Source: Brevundimonas vancanneytii (GTDB lineage Bacteria; Pseudomonadota; Alphaproteobacteria; Caulobacterales; Caulobacteraceae). From it: DNA of 64,000 nucleotides. This document shows, one piece after another, positions 19,561 to 28,319 of this stretch. The notes beneath the pieces are model-generated. The model was not told where the DNA came from. It searched no databases and saw only the letters and a list, made by a program, of their open reading frames with translations. The stretch is from contig CAMAVA010000001.1 in NCBI GenBank assembly GCA_945861515.1, positions 20,749 to 84,748 of the forward strand, given 5' to 3'. Both the position numbers and the translations under genes were made by a program. Positions within the stretch are counted from its first letter, which is position 1; every line of letters starts with the position of its first letter.

Positions 19561-21050
19561 CTGCTGGCAAGGTCGGGCCGGACGCCAAGGTGTCCGGCCA
19601 GGGCGGAGAGCCTTCGCGTGGTCTGTTCGCCGAGCAGGAGGTCGGTCAGGCCCGTCTCCGCCGTCAGCAGCAACCGTTCGCCGTCCAGACAGAGTTGGGT
19701 CCGTGACAAGAGGGCGGGGTCCCGGCCCGTCAGGTCGCACCCCAGCCGGATGGCGGCCCCCAGCGCACGGGCCCGTCTCCGGGCCGATTCTGGAAGGAGG
19801 CGGCTGATCGCGGCCTGCTCCGGCATCGAGGATGAACTGGAATGCCGCGAAAACGCGGCCACGGCCAGGAATGCCCGTTCGGCATGACTTTGCCCGGCGA
19901 TCGGCGCCCTCAGAACCTGTTCAAACACCAGGTGGGCGCGATGGTCCGGATGCAGCCGCGCGCCCAGATCGGCCAGCCGGCAGGCAGCGGCGCGGAGAAT
20001 GGCGTCGCGCGCCCCGAAAATCGGATCAAGCGTCTGAAAGACCGGCTTCAGCCATTCACTGAGCGCCGGCCCCAGTCCGGCGTCAGCGCCATTTTTGGCG
20101 GCCAGAGCGCTGCAGCCTTCAATCAGGGGATCAAGTCGACGGGTCCCCTGGTCCATGGCCTCGAACAACAGTCCTTCACGCACGCCATAGGCAGAAAGAT
20201 AGACCGTCTGGATGTCCAGGCGCAGAATCAGCCGTTCCAGAACGAGGGCCGAATGCGGCAGCGTCTCCGCCCGCTTCCGGGAAACACCTTCGACCGCTTC
20301 CAGTGATTTTTTCGATTGGCTGGCGACAAAGCGGCAGGCGTTGAGGGCGTCGGTTCGGCTCATCTCATACTGATGAACCACCCTGAGCGGATAGCCTGTC
20401 ATGTGCATGTGGATCAGGGCGAGGTTCCGCCAGGCTCCGCCGACCGCATGAAAGTGACGGGTTCGGAACCGGTCGGTTCCGGCCAGTCGCTCGTCGATCT
20501 CTTTCCTGAGACCTTCAAGATCGCTGTCTCCCGTCGCCCGGAAGGCAAATGGACCAAGCGGCAGGCTTGCACCGTCGCCGGCGCCGTCCGATCCGATCGG
20601 AGTCAGTTCCAGGCTGGCGCCGCCCAGATCGCCCACCAGGCCGGTTTCTGCAGGTGCGCCGGCCAGGACGCCGAGGGCCGCATAGCGGGCCTCTTCCAGT
20701 CCTGACAGGACGCGAAGGCTTAGTCCGGTCTCGGAGGCCACCTGCTCGATAAAGGCGGCGCCGTCGGAAGCTTCGCGGATTGCGGCTGTGGCGGCCGTGA
20801 AGATCCTGTCCGGGGAAATGCGCCCGACAACCATCTGGAAGCGCCTTAGCGCCGCCATGGCGGACGCCGCACCGTCGGGAGACAGGCGTCCGGTGCTGTT
20901 CAGATCCCTGCCCAGCCCGGCCAGGACCTTCTCGTTGAAGACCGTCCAGATAGACCGGCCCTCGATACGATACAGCACCAGCCTGACCGAATTTGACCCG
21001 ACATCGATGACGGCCGCGTCGTGGACAAGACTAGCGCTTGAGAATGACAT
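19557..21050 (-). CDS. ppx: Exopolyphosphatase Ppx/GppA
   Basis: [30 protein letters not shown]. Confidence 0.95.
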   Translation of the reverse strand: MSFSSASLVHDAAVIDVGSNSVRLVLYRIEGRSIWTVFNEKVLAGLGRDLNSTGRLSPDGAASAMAALRRFQMVVGRISPDRIFTAATAAIREASDGAAFIEQVASETGLSLRVLSGLEEARYAALGVLAGAPAETGLVGDLGGASLELTPIGSDGAGDGASLPLGPFAFRATGDSDLEGLRKEIDERLAGTDRFRTRHFHAVGGAWRNLALIHMHMTGYPLRVVHQYEMSRTDALNACRFVASQSKKSLEAVEGVSRKRAETLPHSALVLERLILRLDIQTVYLSAYGVREGLLFEAMDQGTRRLDPLIEGCSALAAKNGADAGLGPALSEWLKPVFQTLDPIFGARDAILRAAACRLADLGARLHPDHRAHLVFEQVLRAPIAGQSHAERAFLAVAAFSRHSSSSSMPEQAAISRLLPESARRRARALGAAIRLGCDLTGRDPALLSRTQLCLDGERLLLTAETGLTDLLLGEQTTRRLSALAGHLGVRPDLASS

Positions 21051-23271
21051 GGTCGGGATCCAGGTCCAGGGCGCCGGGAAGGTCGCTGACCTTTTGGCCT
21101 CGGCCTGACAGGCTCGGATTGGTCATGAAATAGTCATGGGCCGAAAAGGCGTCCTTGCGGTTCCAGGCCGGATCGCGACTGTAACCGCCTGACGAATCAA
21201 GCACCCAGCTTTGCGCCTCATCATTCAGGTTGGCGACCATGATCTGGGACAGGACCTGCTCATGCACGGTCGGGTTGTTGATCGGAGTCAGGGCCTCGAC
21301 CCGTCGATCGAGATTGCGCGGCATCCAGTCCGCCGAAGAGATGAAGACCCGGGCCTTTTTGCTGGGTAGCGATGCTCCGTTGGCGAAGGCGACAATTCGA
21401 GCATGTTCGAGAAACCGTCCGACAATGCTCTTGACCCGGATATTCTCCGACAGACCGGGAATGCCCGGCCTCAGACAGCAGATGCCGCGGATCACCAGTT
21501 CGATGGCCACCCCGTCCTGGCTGGCGCGGTAGAGGGCGTCGATGATTTCGGGGTCGACCAGGGCGTTCATCTTGGCCCAGATTCCGGCCGTCTTCCCCGC
21601 CCGGGCATTGGCCCCTTCGCCTTCGATCATGGCCAGCAGGTCCGGCTTCAAGGTCTGGGGCGAAAACGACAGTTTCTCCAGGCGGTTTGGCTGGGCATAT
21701 CCGGTGATGTAGTTGAACAGCCGGGCGCTGTCGCGACCCAGGGCCGGGTCGGTCGTGAACAACGACAGGTCGGTGTAGATCTTGGCCGTGACCGGGTGGT
21801 AGTTGCCCGTTCCGAAGTGACAGTAGGTGCGCAGGGTCTCGCCTTCGCGGCGCACGACAAGGCTGAGCTTGGCGTGGGTCTTGTACTCGACAAAGCCGAA
21901 CACCACATGAACTCCGACCTTTTCCAGGTCCTTGGCCCAGCGCAGGTTGTTTTCCTCGTCGAAGCGCGCCTTGATCTCGACCAGCGCCGTGACGTTCTTG
22001 CCATTTTCCGCAGCCTCGATGAGGGCCGCGATGACCGGACTGTCCTGGCTGGTCCGATACAGGGTCTGCTTGATGGCGATCACCTGCGGATCCCTCGCCG
22101 CCAGGCGAAGGAACTGCACGACCACGTCAAAGCTTTCGAACGGGTGGTGGACCAGGATGTCCTTTTCGCGGATGGCGGCGAAGCAATCGCCGGCATGGTC
22201 TCGAATCCGCTCGGGAAACCGGGCCACGAAAGGCGGAAATTTCAGGTCGGCGCGGTCCCTTGGGATCAGTTCCGACATGGCCGACAGGCCCAGCTTGCCG
22301 TCCACATTGACCACATCGTCCGGCGCAGCATCCAGGCCGTCAAGAATGAAGTCTCGCAGGTCCTGGGGCATGGTTGTCTGGACCTTGACCCGGACCACAT
22401 CCCCCATCCGGCGACGCTTCAGCTGGGTTTCGAATTCCAGGACCAGGTCCTCGGCCTCCTCCTCGATCTCGATGTCGCTGTCGCGCACGATGCGGAACAG
22501 GCCACGGCCCTCGACCTCGTAGCCGGGGAAAAGCTGGTCAAGACAGAGGATGATCAGCGATTCCAGAGCGATGAACCGGCGTTCCTTTCGCCTTGCCGGA
22601 CCCGGAAGTTCCCAGAACCTCCTGACCTGCTGGGGCACGGGAACCAGCGCATAGAGCAGCTTGCCATCGCCGGCCCTGCGCAGCTTTAGACCAAGGCAGA
22701 AGCCAAGGTTGGGAATGAACGGGAACGGGTGAGCCGGGTCGATCGCCAGGGGGGTAAGAACCGGAAAAAGGTGGTTGATGAAAATGCTCTCTGCCGCCGG
22801 CTGGTCTGCGGCCGAAACATCCCGTGCATCCAGCAGCTTCATCCCTTCGCTGGCCAGTTCCGCCCGCAGGGACCGCCAGATCCTCTGTTGATCAGCCATC
22901 AGTTCGGCTGCTCCGGCATTGACCCGTTCCAGCTGTTCAGCCGGTGTCAGGCCGTCCTGACTGACCTTGCGCACCCCTTCGCGAACCTGACCTTTCAGCC
23001 CGGCGACCCGAACCATGTAGAATTCGTCCAGATTGTTCGCCGAAATGGAAAGAAACCGCAGACGCTCCAGAAGCGGGTGCCGGTGGTTCTCCGCCTCTTC
23101 CAGGACCCGTTTATTGAAGGCCAGCCAGGACAGTTCCCGATTGAAGAAGCGGTCTACTGAGGACATCAGGGTGTCGTCCAGGGTCAGGCCAGATTGAACA
23201 GACGCCGGGGCGATTGGCGGGATTTCTACGGAGGTTGTGGGCGAAACGCCTGCAGGTTCGGAACTGGACAT
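21031..23271 (-). CDS. ppk1: Polyphosphate kinase 1 (start probably MSSSEP at 23271)
   Basis: [53 protein letters not shown]. Confidence 0.97.
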   Translation of the reverse strand: MSSSEPAGVSPTTSVEIPPIAPASVQSGLTLDDTLMSSVDRFFNRELSWLAFNKRVLEEAENHRHPLLERLRFLSISANNLDEFYMVRVAGLKGQVREGVRKVSQDGLTPAEQLERVNAGAAELMADQQRIWRSLRAELASEGMKLLDARDVSAADQPAAESIFINHLFPVLTPLAIDPAHPFPFIPNLGFCLGLKLRRAGDGKLLYALVPVPQQVRRFWELPGPARRKERRFIALESLIILCLDQLFPGYEVEGRGLFRIVRDSDIEIEEEAEDLVLEFETQLKRRRMGDVVRVKVQTTMPQDLRDFILDGLDAAPDDVVNVDGKLGLSAMSELIPRDRADLKFPPFVARFPERIRDHAGDCFAAIREKDILVHHPFESFDVVVQFLRLAARDPQVIAIKQTLYRTSQDSPVIAALIEAAENGKNVTALVEIKARFDEENNLRWAKDLEKVGVHVVFGFVEYKTHAKLSLVVRREGETLRTYCHFGTGNYHPVTAKIYTDLSLFTTDPALGRDSARLFNYITGYAQPNRLEKLSFSPQTLKPDLLAMIEGEGANARAGKTAGIWAKMNALVDPEIIDALYRASQDGVAIELVIRGICCLRPGIPGLSENIRVKSIVGRFLEHARIVAFANGASLPSKKARVFISSADWMPRNLDRRVEALTPINNPTVHEQVLSQIMVANLNDEAQSWVLDSSGGYSRDPAWNRKDAFSAHDYFMTNPSLSGRGQKVSDLPGALDLDPDHVILKR

Positions 23272-23361
23272 CGATCCTCGGAGTCTGGCGTTTGGCTTCA
23301 TTTGACGCATGGTTGTGACAGTTTCAACGATGGCCTCTGGCTGGCGCGGCCATGAGGCCGT

Positions 23362-24057
23362 TCAATTGTGAGGGGTGTCGCGGTCAAACAGGTCCGCGCT
23401 TTCTTCCAGAAGTTCTCTGGCCAGCGCCCTGTTGATCGCCCGCCCCCGGGCGGCGGCGGCTTCATCCATCCGGGCGACGAGTTGTCTTGCGGCTTTCACG
23501 GACCGTTCGATACGGGCCAGCAGGTAGGGATACAGTTCGGCTTCCGGCCTGATATGCCGCTCCATGAACAGGCGATGCAACACCGTCTCGAGCAGGGCGT
23601 CATCTGGCGGCGCGATCTCTGCCACCGGCAAGGCGTTCAACCGTGAGCGAAGGTCGGCCAGCCCCGCTTCCCAGGCCAGGGGTCGCTTCCGAGCCGTCAT
23701 CAGGATCGCTCGTCCCTCCGCCGCCTGGTTCAGAAGGTGAAAGAGATCGGCTGGATCGATTCCCAGATCGATATCCTCGATCAGCAAGGGCCCTTTCTGA
23801 TCCAGAGGAGCCGGCTTGCCCGGAATGACGACCATGGCTTCCGCTTCGTCAGCCCAGGCTTGGGCCAGATGGGTCTTGCCGGACCCTGCAGGGCCTATCA
23901 GAGCAAGAGCGCCCGAACACCGGCTTATCCAGCCGTCGAGGATGTCGACGGCGGTCCTGTTGCTGGGCGACAGGAAAAAGTGCTCTCGCGACCAGGAAGC
24001 AGCGGGTTCGAAGGGCAGGCGGAACTGTGTGGCAAAAATCACCGGTCTTCCTACCAA
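23362..24057 (-). CDS. hdaA: HdaA/DnaA-regulatory inactivator (DnaA AAA+ homologue)
   Basis: N-terminal clamp-binding motif QFRLPF, GPAGSGKTHL, DLRSRL, YLLARIERS. Confidence 0.88.
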   Translation of the reverse strand: MVGRPVIFATQFRLPFEPAASWSREHFFLSPSNRTAVDILDGWISRCSGALALIGPAGSGKTHLAQAWADEAEAMVVIPGKPAPLDQKGPLLIEDIDLGIDPADLFHLLNQAAEGRAILMTARKRPLAWEAGLADLRSRLNALPVAEIAPPDDALLETVLHRLFMERHIRPEAELYPYLLARIERSVKAARQLVARMDEAAAARGRAINRALARELLEESADLFDRDTPHN

Positions 24058-24116
24058 CCCGGCGTCGTCCGGTCGAGGACGGAGGATGAGATGGTCGGGG
24101 ATAGCCGGAGCAGGGC

Positions 24117-24125
24117 TGTGGACAA
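24117..24125 (-). promoter_or_regulatory. DnaA-box-like site TTGTCCACA upstream of hdaA
   Basis: 8/9 match to TTATCCACA about 60 bp upstream of the ORF start. Confidence 0.55.
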
Positions 24126-24144
24126 GCGATGTCTGTCTCCCCGG

Positions 24145-24879
24145 TCATTCTACTTCCGGCTTGCGTCCTGAAACGCCTGTGGCGCATCCAAAGAAGTACC
24201 GCCTGTAGTCCACCTCAAGGCCTTCGCGGCTGAGCATCTCGGCAAAGGCAGAGGCATCTCCAAAATTGGTCGCATAGACACCGATCATCGAAAAATCCTG
24301 GGTGCCCTTCAGGAATAGCCGTTCGATCAGCGGCAGGAGCCAGGTGAGATGCAAACGGTAGAGCGGACGTAGCCACCAGCCCTTTGGATCGGAGGCCTCT
24401 ATCAAGGAAAAGACGCCGCCGGGTTTCAGGGTCCGCGCAATGAGGCAGGCCAAAGCGGCGTGCTGTGAAGCGTTGAAGGTCTTGAGGCCGAATGTGGATA
24501 CGATGAAGTCTGCACTTTGGTCCGGCAGCTGGCTTGCCAGGACGTCATCCTCGACAAACCTGATCCGATCGACGCGAAGACTATGGAGGCGCTCCATAGC
24601 CCGTCTGTGCATTCCGGAAGAGATATCGACAGCGACGATGGCGTCAATTCCGGGAAAGCGCGCCGTCAAGTGCGGCCAGACCTCGCCGGTTCCAGCCATC
24701 AGATCGTAGCCGACAATGGCTGTGGCCTGCGGAGCAGGCATGGCGTCCACACACTGCTTTCGCCAGCGCTCGGTGAATCCGAACGAGCAGAGACTGCTGA
24801 ATGCGATGTATCGGTCCGAGCAGCGGTCAAAGACCTGCTTGACGAACCCAGGGTCGTAGATGTCGGCCGAATTGGGCAT
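24145..24879 (-). CDS. Class I SAM-dependent methyltransferase (UbiE/MenG-like)
   Basis: YDLMAGTGE motif [29 protein letters not shown]. Confidence 0.85.
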   Translation of the reverse strand: MPNSADIYDPGFVKQVFDRCSDRYIAFSSLCSFGFTERWRKQCVDAMPAPQATAIVGYDLMAGTGEVWPHLTARFPGIDAIVAVDISSGMHRRAMERLHSLRVDRIRFVEDDVLASQLPDQSADFIVSTFGLKTFNASQHAALACLIARTLKPGGVFSLIEASDPKGWWLRPLYRLHLTWLLPLIERLFLKGTQDFSMIGVYATNFGDASAFAEMLSREGLEVDYRRYFFGCATGVSGRKPEVE

Positions 24880-24985
24880 TCGGCACATAAGCTTGCCAGG
24901 CCTTGCAGGGCAACCGAACCTTGACTTTCCGGGGGCCGCATGCGCCTTTCCGCGCCTCCGAAATTGCGGCTTCAAGTCCAAAAAA

Positions 24986-26770
24986 ATGCACGCCTATCGC
25001 ACCCATACCTGCGGCGCCCTGCGCGCTTCCGATACCGGTTCCACGGTCCGACTGTCTGGCTGGATCCACCGCAAGCGAGACCATGGCGGGCTGATGTTCA
25101 TCGATTTGCGGGACCATTACGGCCTGACCCAGCTGGTGCTTCATCCGGGCACGCCTGGCTTTGATGTCGTCGAGCGCCTGCGCGCCGAAAGCGTCATCCG
25201 CGTCGATGCCGAGGTGGTGGCCCGGACCCCCGAAACCATCAATCCCAACCTGCCGACCGGGGAGGTCGAGGTGCGGGTGACGGCCGTTGAGGTTCTGTCC
25301 GAGGCCGCTGAACTGCCGCTGCCGGTTTTCGGAGAGCCGGACTATCCCGAGGAAATTCGCCTCAAGCACCGCTATCTCGACCTGCGCCGGGAGACCCTGC
25401 ATCGCAATATCGTGCTGCGGTCCAGGGTCATCGACAGCATCCGCAAGCGCATGGTCGGCCAGGGCTTCCTGGAATACCAGACCCCGATCCTCACGGCGTC
25501 CTCGCCGGAAGGCGCCCGGGATTTCCTCGTGCCTTCGCGAATGCATCCCTCGAAATTCTATGCGCTCCCCCAGGCGCCCCAGCAGTTCAAGCAGCTGTTG
25601 ATGGTGTCCGGCTTCGACCGATATTTCCAGATCGCACCCTGTTTCCGCGATGAAGACCTGCGAGCGGACCGGAGCCTGGAATTCTACCAGCTCGATGTCG
25701 AGATGAGCTTTGTCACCCAGGAAGACGTCTTCGCCGCCATCGAGCCGGTCATGCACGGGGTGTTCGAAGAGTTTGCAGACGGCAAGGCGGTGACGCCCTA
25801 TCCCTTCCCGCGCATCCCCTATCGCCAGTCGATCGCCAAGTATGGCACCGACAAGCCTGATCTGCGCAACCCGATCGAGATGCAGGACGTTTCCGAGCAT
25901 TTCCGGGGTGGCGGCTTTGGCGTCTTTGCGCGGATGCTCGAGAACGCCAGCAACGCGGTATGGGCCGTGCCGGGTCCTGGCGGTGGTCAGCGCGCCTTCT
26001 GCGACAAGATGAACAGCTGGGCCCAGTCTGAAGGCCAGCCCGGCCTTGGCTATATCTTCTGGCGGGAAGAGGCCGGGGTGCTGGAAGGCGCTGGCCCGAT
26101 CGCAAAGAACCTGGGTCCGGAACGCACCGAAGCCATTCGCCAGCAGCTTGGACTCAAGGTTGGCGACAGCGCCTTCTTTGTCGGCGGCGACCCCAAGGTC
26201 TTCTACAAGTTCGCCGGGGCCGCCCGCACCAAGGTCGGCACGGATCTCGGCCTGGTCGCCGAGGGTCGGTTCGACTTCTGCTGGATCGTCGATTTCCCAA
26301 TGTTCGAGTGGTCCGAAGAGGACAAGAAGGTCGACTTCAGCCACAACCCCTTCTCCATGCCGCAGGGGGAGCTGGAGGCTCTGGAGACCAAGGACCCGCT
26401 CGATATCCTGGCCTATCAGTACGACATCGTCTGTAACGGCTATGAACTCTGCTCCGGCGCGATCCGGAACCATCGGCCCGAAATCATGCTCAAGGCCTTC
26501 GAGGTTGCAGGTTACGGCGCCGAGGTTGTCGAGGACCAGTTTGGCGGCATGTTGAACGCCTTCCGCTATGGCGCGCCGCCGCACGGCGGCCTGGCGCCGG
26601 GCATTGACCGGATTGTCATGCTGCTGGCCGGTCAGACGGCGATCCGCGAGGTCATCGCCTTCCCGCTGAACCAGCAGGGCCAGGACCTGTTGATGAGTGC
26701 GCCTTCAGAGGCGTCGGAAAAGCAGTTGAAGGAACTTCATATCCGCACAGCCCTGCCGCTTAAGGCCTGA
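24986..26770 (+). CDS. aspS: Aspartate--tRNA ligase
   Basis: [38 protein letters not shown]. Confidence 0.98.
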   Translation: MHAYRTHTCGALRASDTGSTVRLSGWIHRKRDHGGLMFIDLRDHYGLTQLVLHPGTPGFDVVERLRAESVIRVDAEVVARTPETINPNLPTGEVEVRVTAVEVLSEAAELPLPVFGEPDYPEEIRLKHRYLDLRRETLHRNIVLRSRVIDSIRKRMVGQGFLEYQTPILTASSPEGARDFLVPSRMHPSKFYALPQAPQQFKQLLMVSGFDRYFQIAPCFRDEDLRADRSLEFYQLDVEMSFVTQEDVFAAIEPVMHGVFEEFADGKAVTPYPFPRIPYRQSIAKYGTDKPDLRNPIEMQDVSEHFRGGGFGVFARMLENASNAVWAVPGPGGGQRAFCDKMNSWAQSEGQPGLGYIFWREEAGVLEGAGPIAKNLGPERTEAIRQQLGLKVGDSAFFVGGDPKVFYKFAGAARTKVGTDLGLVAEGRFDFCWIVDFPMFEWSEEDKKVDFSHNPFSMPQGELEALETKDPLDILAYQYDIVCNGYELCSGAIRNHRPEIMLKAFEVAGYGAEVVEDQFGGMLNAFRYGAPPHGGLAPGIDRIVMLLAGQTAIREVIAFPLNQQGQDLLMSAPSEASEKQLKELHIRTALPLKA

Positions 26771-26777
26771 AATCGCG

Positions 26778-26819
26778 GTTTCCGTTCCGGCGGCTTCGAT
26801 CGGAACGGAAACGGCTCTA
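26778..26819. repeat. Palindromic intergenic hairpin between convergent genes (CIR-like module / bidirectional terminator)
   Basis: GTTTCCGTTCCG-N11-CGGAACGGAAAC-GGCTCTA; the minus strand begins TAGAGCCGTTTCC, like the other modules. Confidence 0.6.
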
Positions 26820-27680
26820 ACGGTTTCCGGCCGGTGGCTTGGGCGCTGCCGGGGGGACGGGCGGCCTGGGCGGGGCATGGGGAGAGGCGATCAGCAACCG
26901 CGGTCCCCGACACAGCCGAGGGGTCAGCCCAGCCGGCAGTCTGGTTTCATCATTGGCGCAGGCCTGGTTGATCTGGCTCTGGGTCAGACCGCTCGCCCGG
27001 GACAGGTCAGCCCCGGCGAGGGAGGCGCCAGACAGGTCCGCGCCCCGAAAGTCCGCTTCACCGAATGTTGCCTGGTTCAGTCGGGCATGGCTCAGATCGG
27101 TCCCCCGAAAGGAGGCGTCGGTAAACTGGCCTGAAGTCAGATTGGCCCCGACCAGTTCTGCGTCCCGGAAATCTGCCTTGATGGCCAGAACCTTGGTCAG
27201 ATTGACGTGCGGCATTTCAGCCCCGCGGAAACGCGCGAAGCTGAGATTGGCGGACCCGAAATTCGAGCCGGGAAGCTCTGCGCCGGCCAGACTTGCCCGG
27301 CTCAGGTTTGACCGCTGAAATGAGGAGGCCGGCCCTTCGATGCCGTCCAGTGCTGCGCCACTGAAATCCGCAAAATTGAAATTGCTTCCGGTGAATCCGG
27401 CCCCACGCAGGTCAGCCCGTGAGAGATTTGCGCCCTGGAAGGTCGAGCCCATGAAACTGGCGCCGCGCAGGTCGGCCCCGATCAGGACCGCACCATTGAA
27501 ATTGGCGCCCATGAAACGGGCATTGGTCAGCTTCTTCCCGGAGAGCTCGCATTTCTGACAGGCGCCGCCGAAGGAAACCTGACGAGGAATATCCCGGTCT
27601 TCGTAAAGGGTCGCGGCAAAGGCCGCTCCCGAGCAAGACAGGAGGACCAGGGTCGACGTGGTGAGGAGCAGACGCTTCAT
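26817..27680 (-). CDS. Exported pentapeptide-repeat protein
   Basis: Signal peptide MKRLLLTT...AAFA; A(D/N)LxxA repeats; Cys-containing caps; Pro-rich tail. Confidence 0.9.
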   Translation of the reverse strand: MKRLLLTTSTLVLLSCSGAAFAATLYEDRDIPRQVSFGGACQKCELSGKKLTNARFMGANFNGAVLIGADLRGASFMGSTFQGANLSRADLRGAGFTGSNFNFADFSGAALDGIEGPASSFQRSNLSRASLAGAELPGSNFGSANLSFARFRGAEMPHVNLTKVLAIKADFRDAELVGANLTSGQFTDASFRGTDLSHARLNQATFGEADFRGADLSGASLAGADLSRASGLTQSQINQACANDETRLPAGLTPRLCRGPRLLIASPHAPPRPPVPPAAPKPPAGNR

Positions 27681-27719
27681 GACACACATCAACTGGCGCT
27701 TCCCGCCCGAGTTTGCCAC

Positions 27720-27735
27720 TTAATTCTCGGTAAGG
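27720..27735 (-). promoter_or_regulatory. CCTTAC-N6-TTAA site resembling the UzcR-type (CATTAC-N6-TTAA) motif
   Basis: Read directly 40 bp upstream of the pentapeptide gene; the match to the C. crescentus motif is from recollection. Confidence 0.4.
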
Positions 27736-27771
27736 ATTGAGCTTTTCGACCAAGCTTGAATGGCGGCTTCG

Positions 27772-28260
27772 TTAGCAGGACGGGAGGTTCAGTCCCCGGG
27801 GCAGTCTGGTGGACTCATCGCCGCAGGCCTGGTTCAGCTGGGTCTGGGTCAGGCCGATGGCTCTGTCCATCTCGGCTCCGGAGAAGACTGCGCCGTTCAA
27901 TCGGGCGCCGGTGAAGTTTGCACCCTCAAGGTAGCTGCCGACAAAATTGGCGTTGGTCAGGTCGGCGGAGACAAAGCTGGACCCGCTGAACACTGCGGCG
28001 GCCGCATCAGCATCGCGCATATCGGCTCTGTCGAACCTCACCCGGTTCATCACCGAGGCCGTCAGCGTCGCTTGTCGCAGTCGCGACTTCGACAGGTTCA
28101 GACCCTTCAGTTCCAGGCCGGTCAAGTCAGCCTGGAAAAGATTACAACCAGCGCAGCTGGCGCCCGCTCTCACCCGGGCGATCTGGCTGGCGTTCTGCGC
28201 AAGGGCAGGACCGGAGGCCAGGCTGGCGACAGCGGCGATCATGAATAGGCGTTTCATCAC
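27772..28260 (-). CDS. Exported pentapeptide-repeat protein (shorter paralog)
   Basis: Signal peptide; SCAGCNLFQADL..., C-cap TQLNQACGDESTRLPRGL similar to the neighbour's SQINQACANDETRLPAGL. Confidence 0.9.
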   Translation of the reverse strand: MMKRLFMIAAVASLASGPALAQNASQIARVRAGASCAGCNLFQADLTGLELKGLNLSKSRLRQATLTASVMNRVRFDRADMRDADAAAAVFSGSSFVSADLTNANFVGSYLEGANFTGARLNGAVFSGAEMDRAIGLTQTQLNQACGDESTRLPRGLNLPSC

Positions 28261-28319
28261 GGGTCACCCTGACTGGGATGGGTCTCTGGCCCGTTAACGC
28301 TGCAATCCCCGGGCCATTG

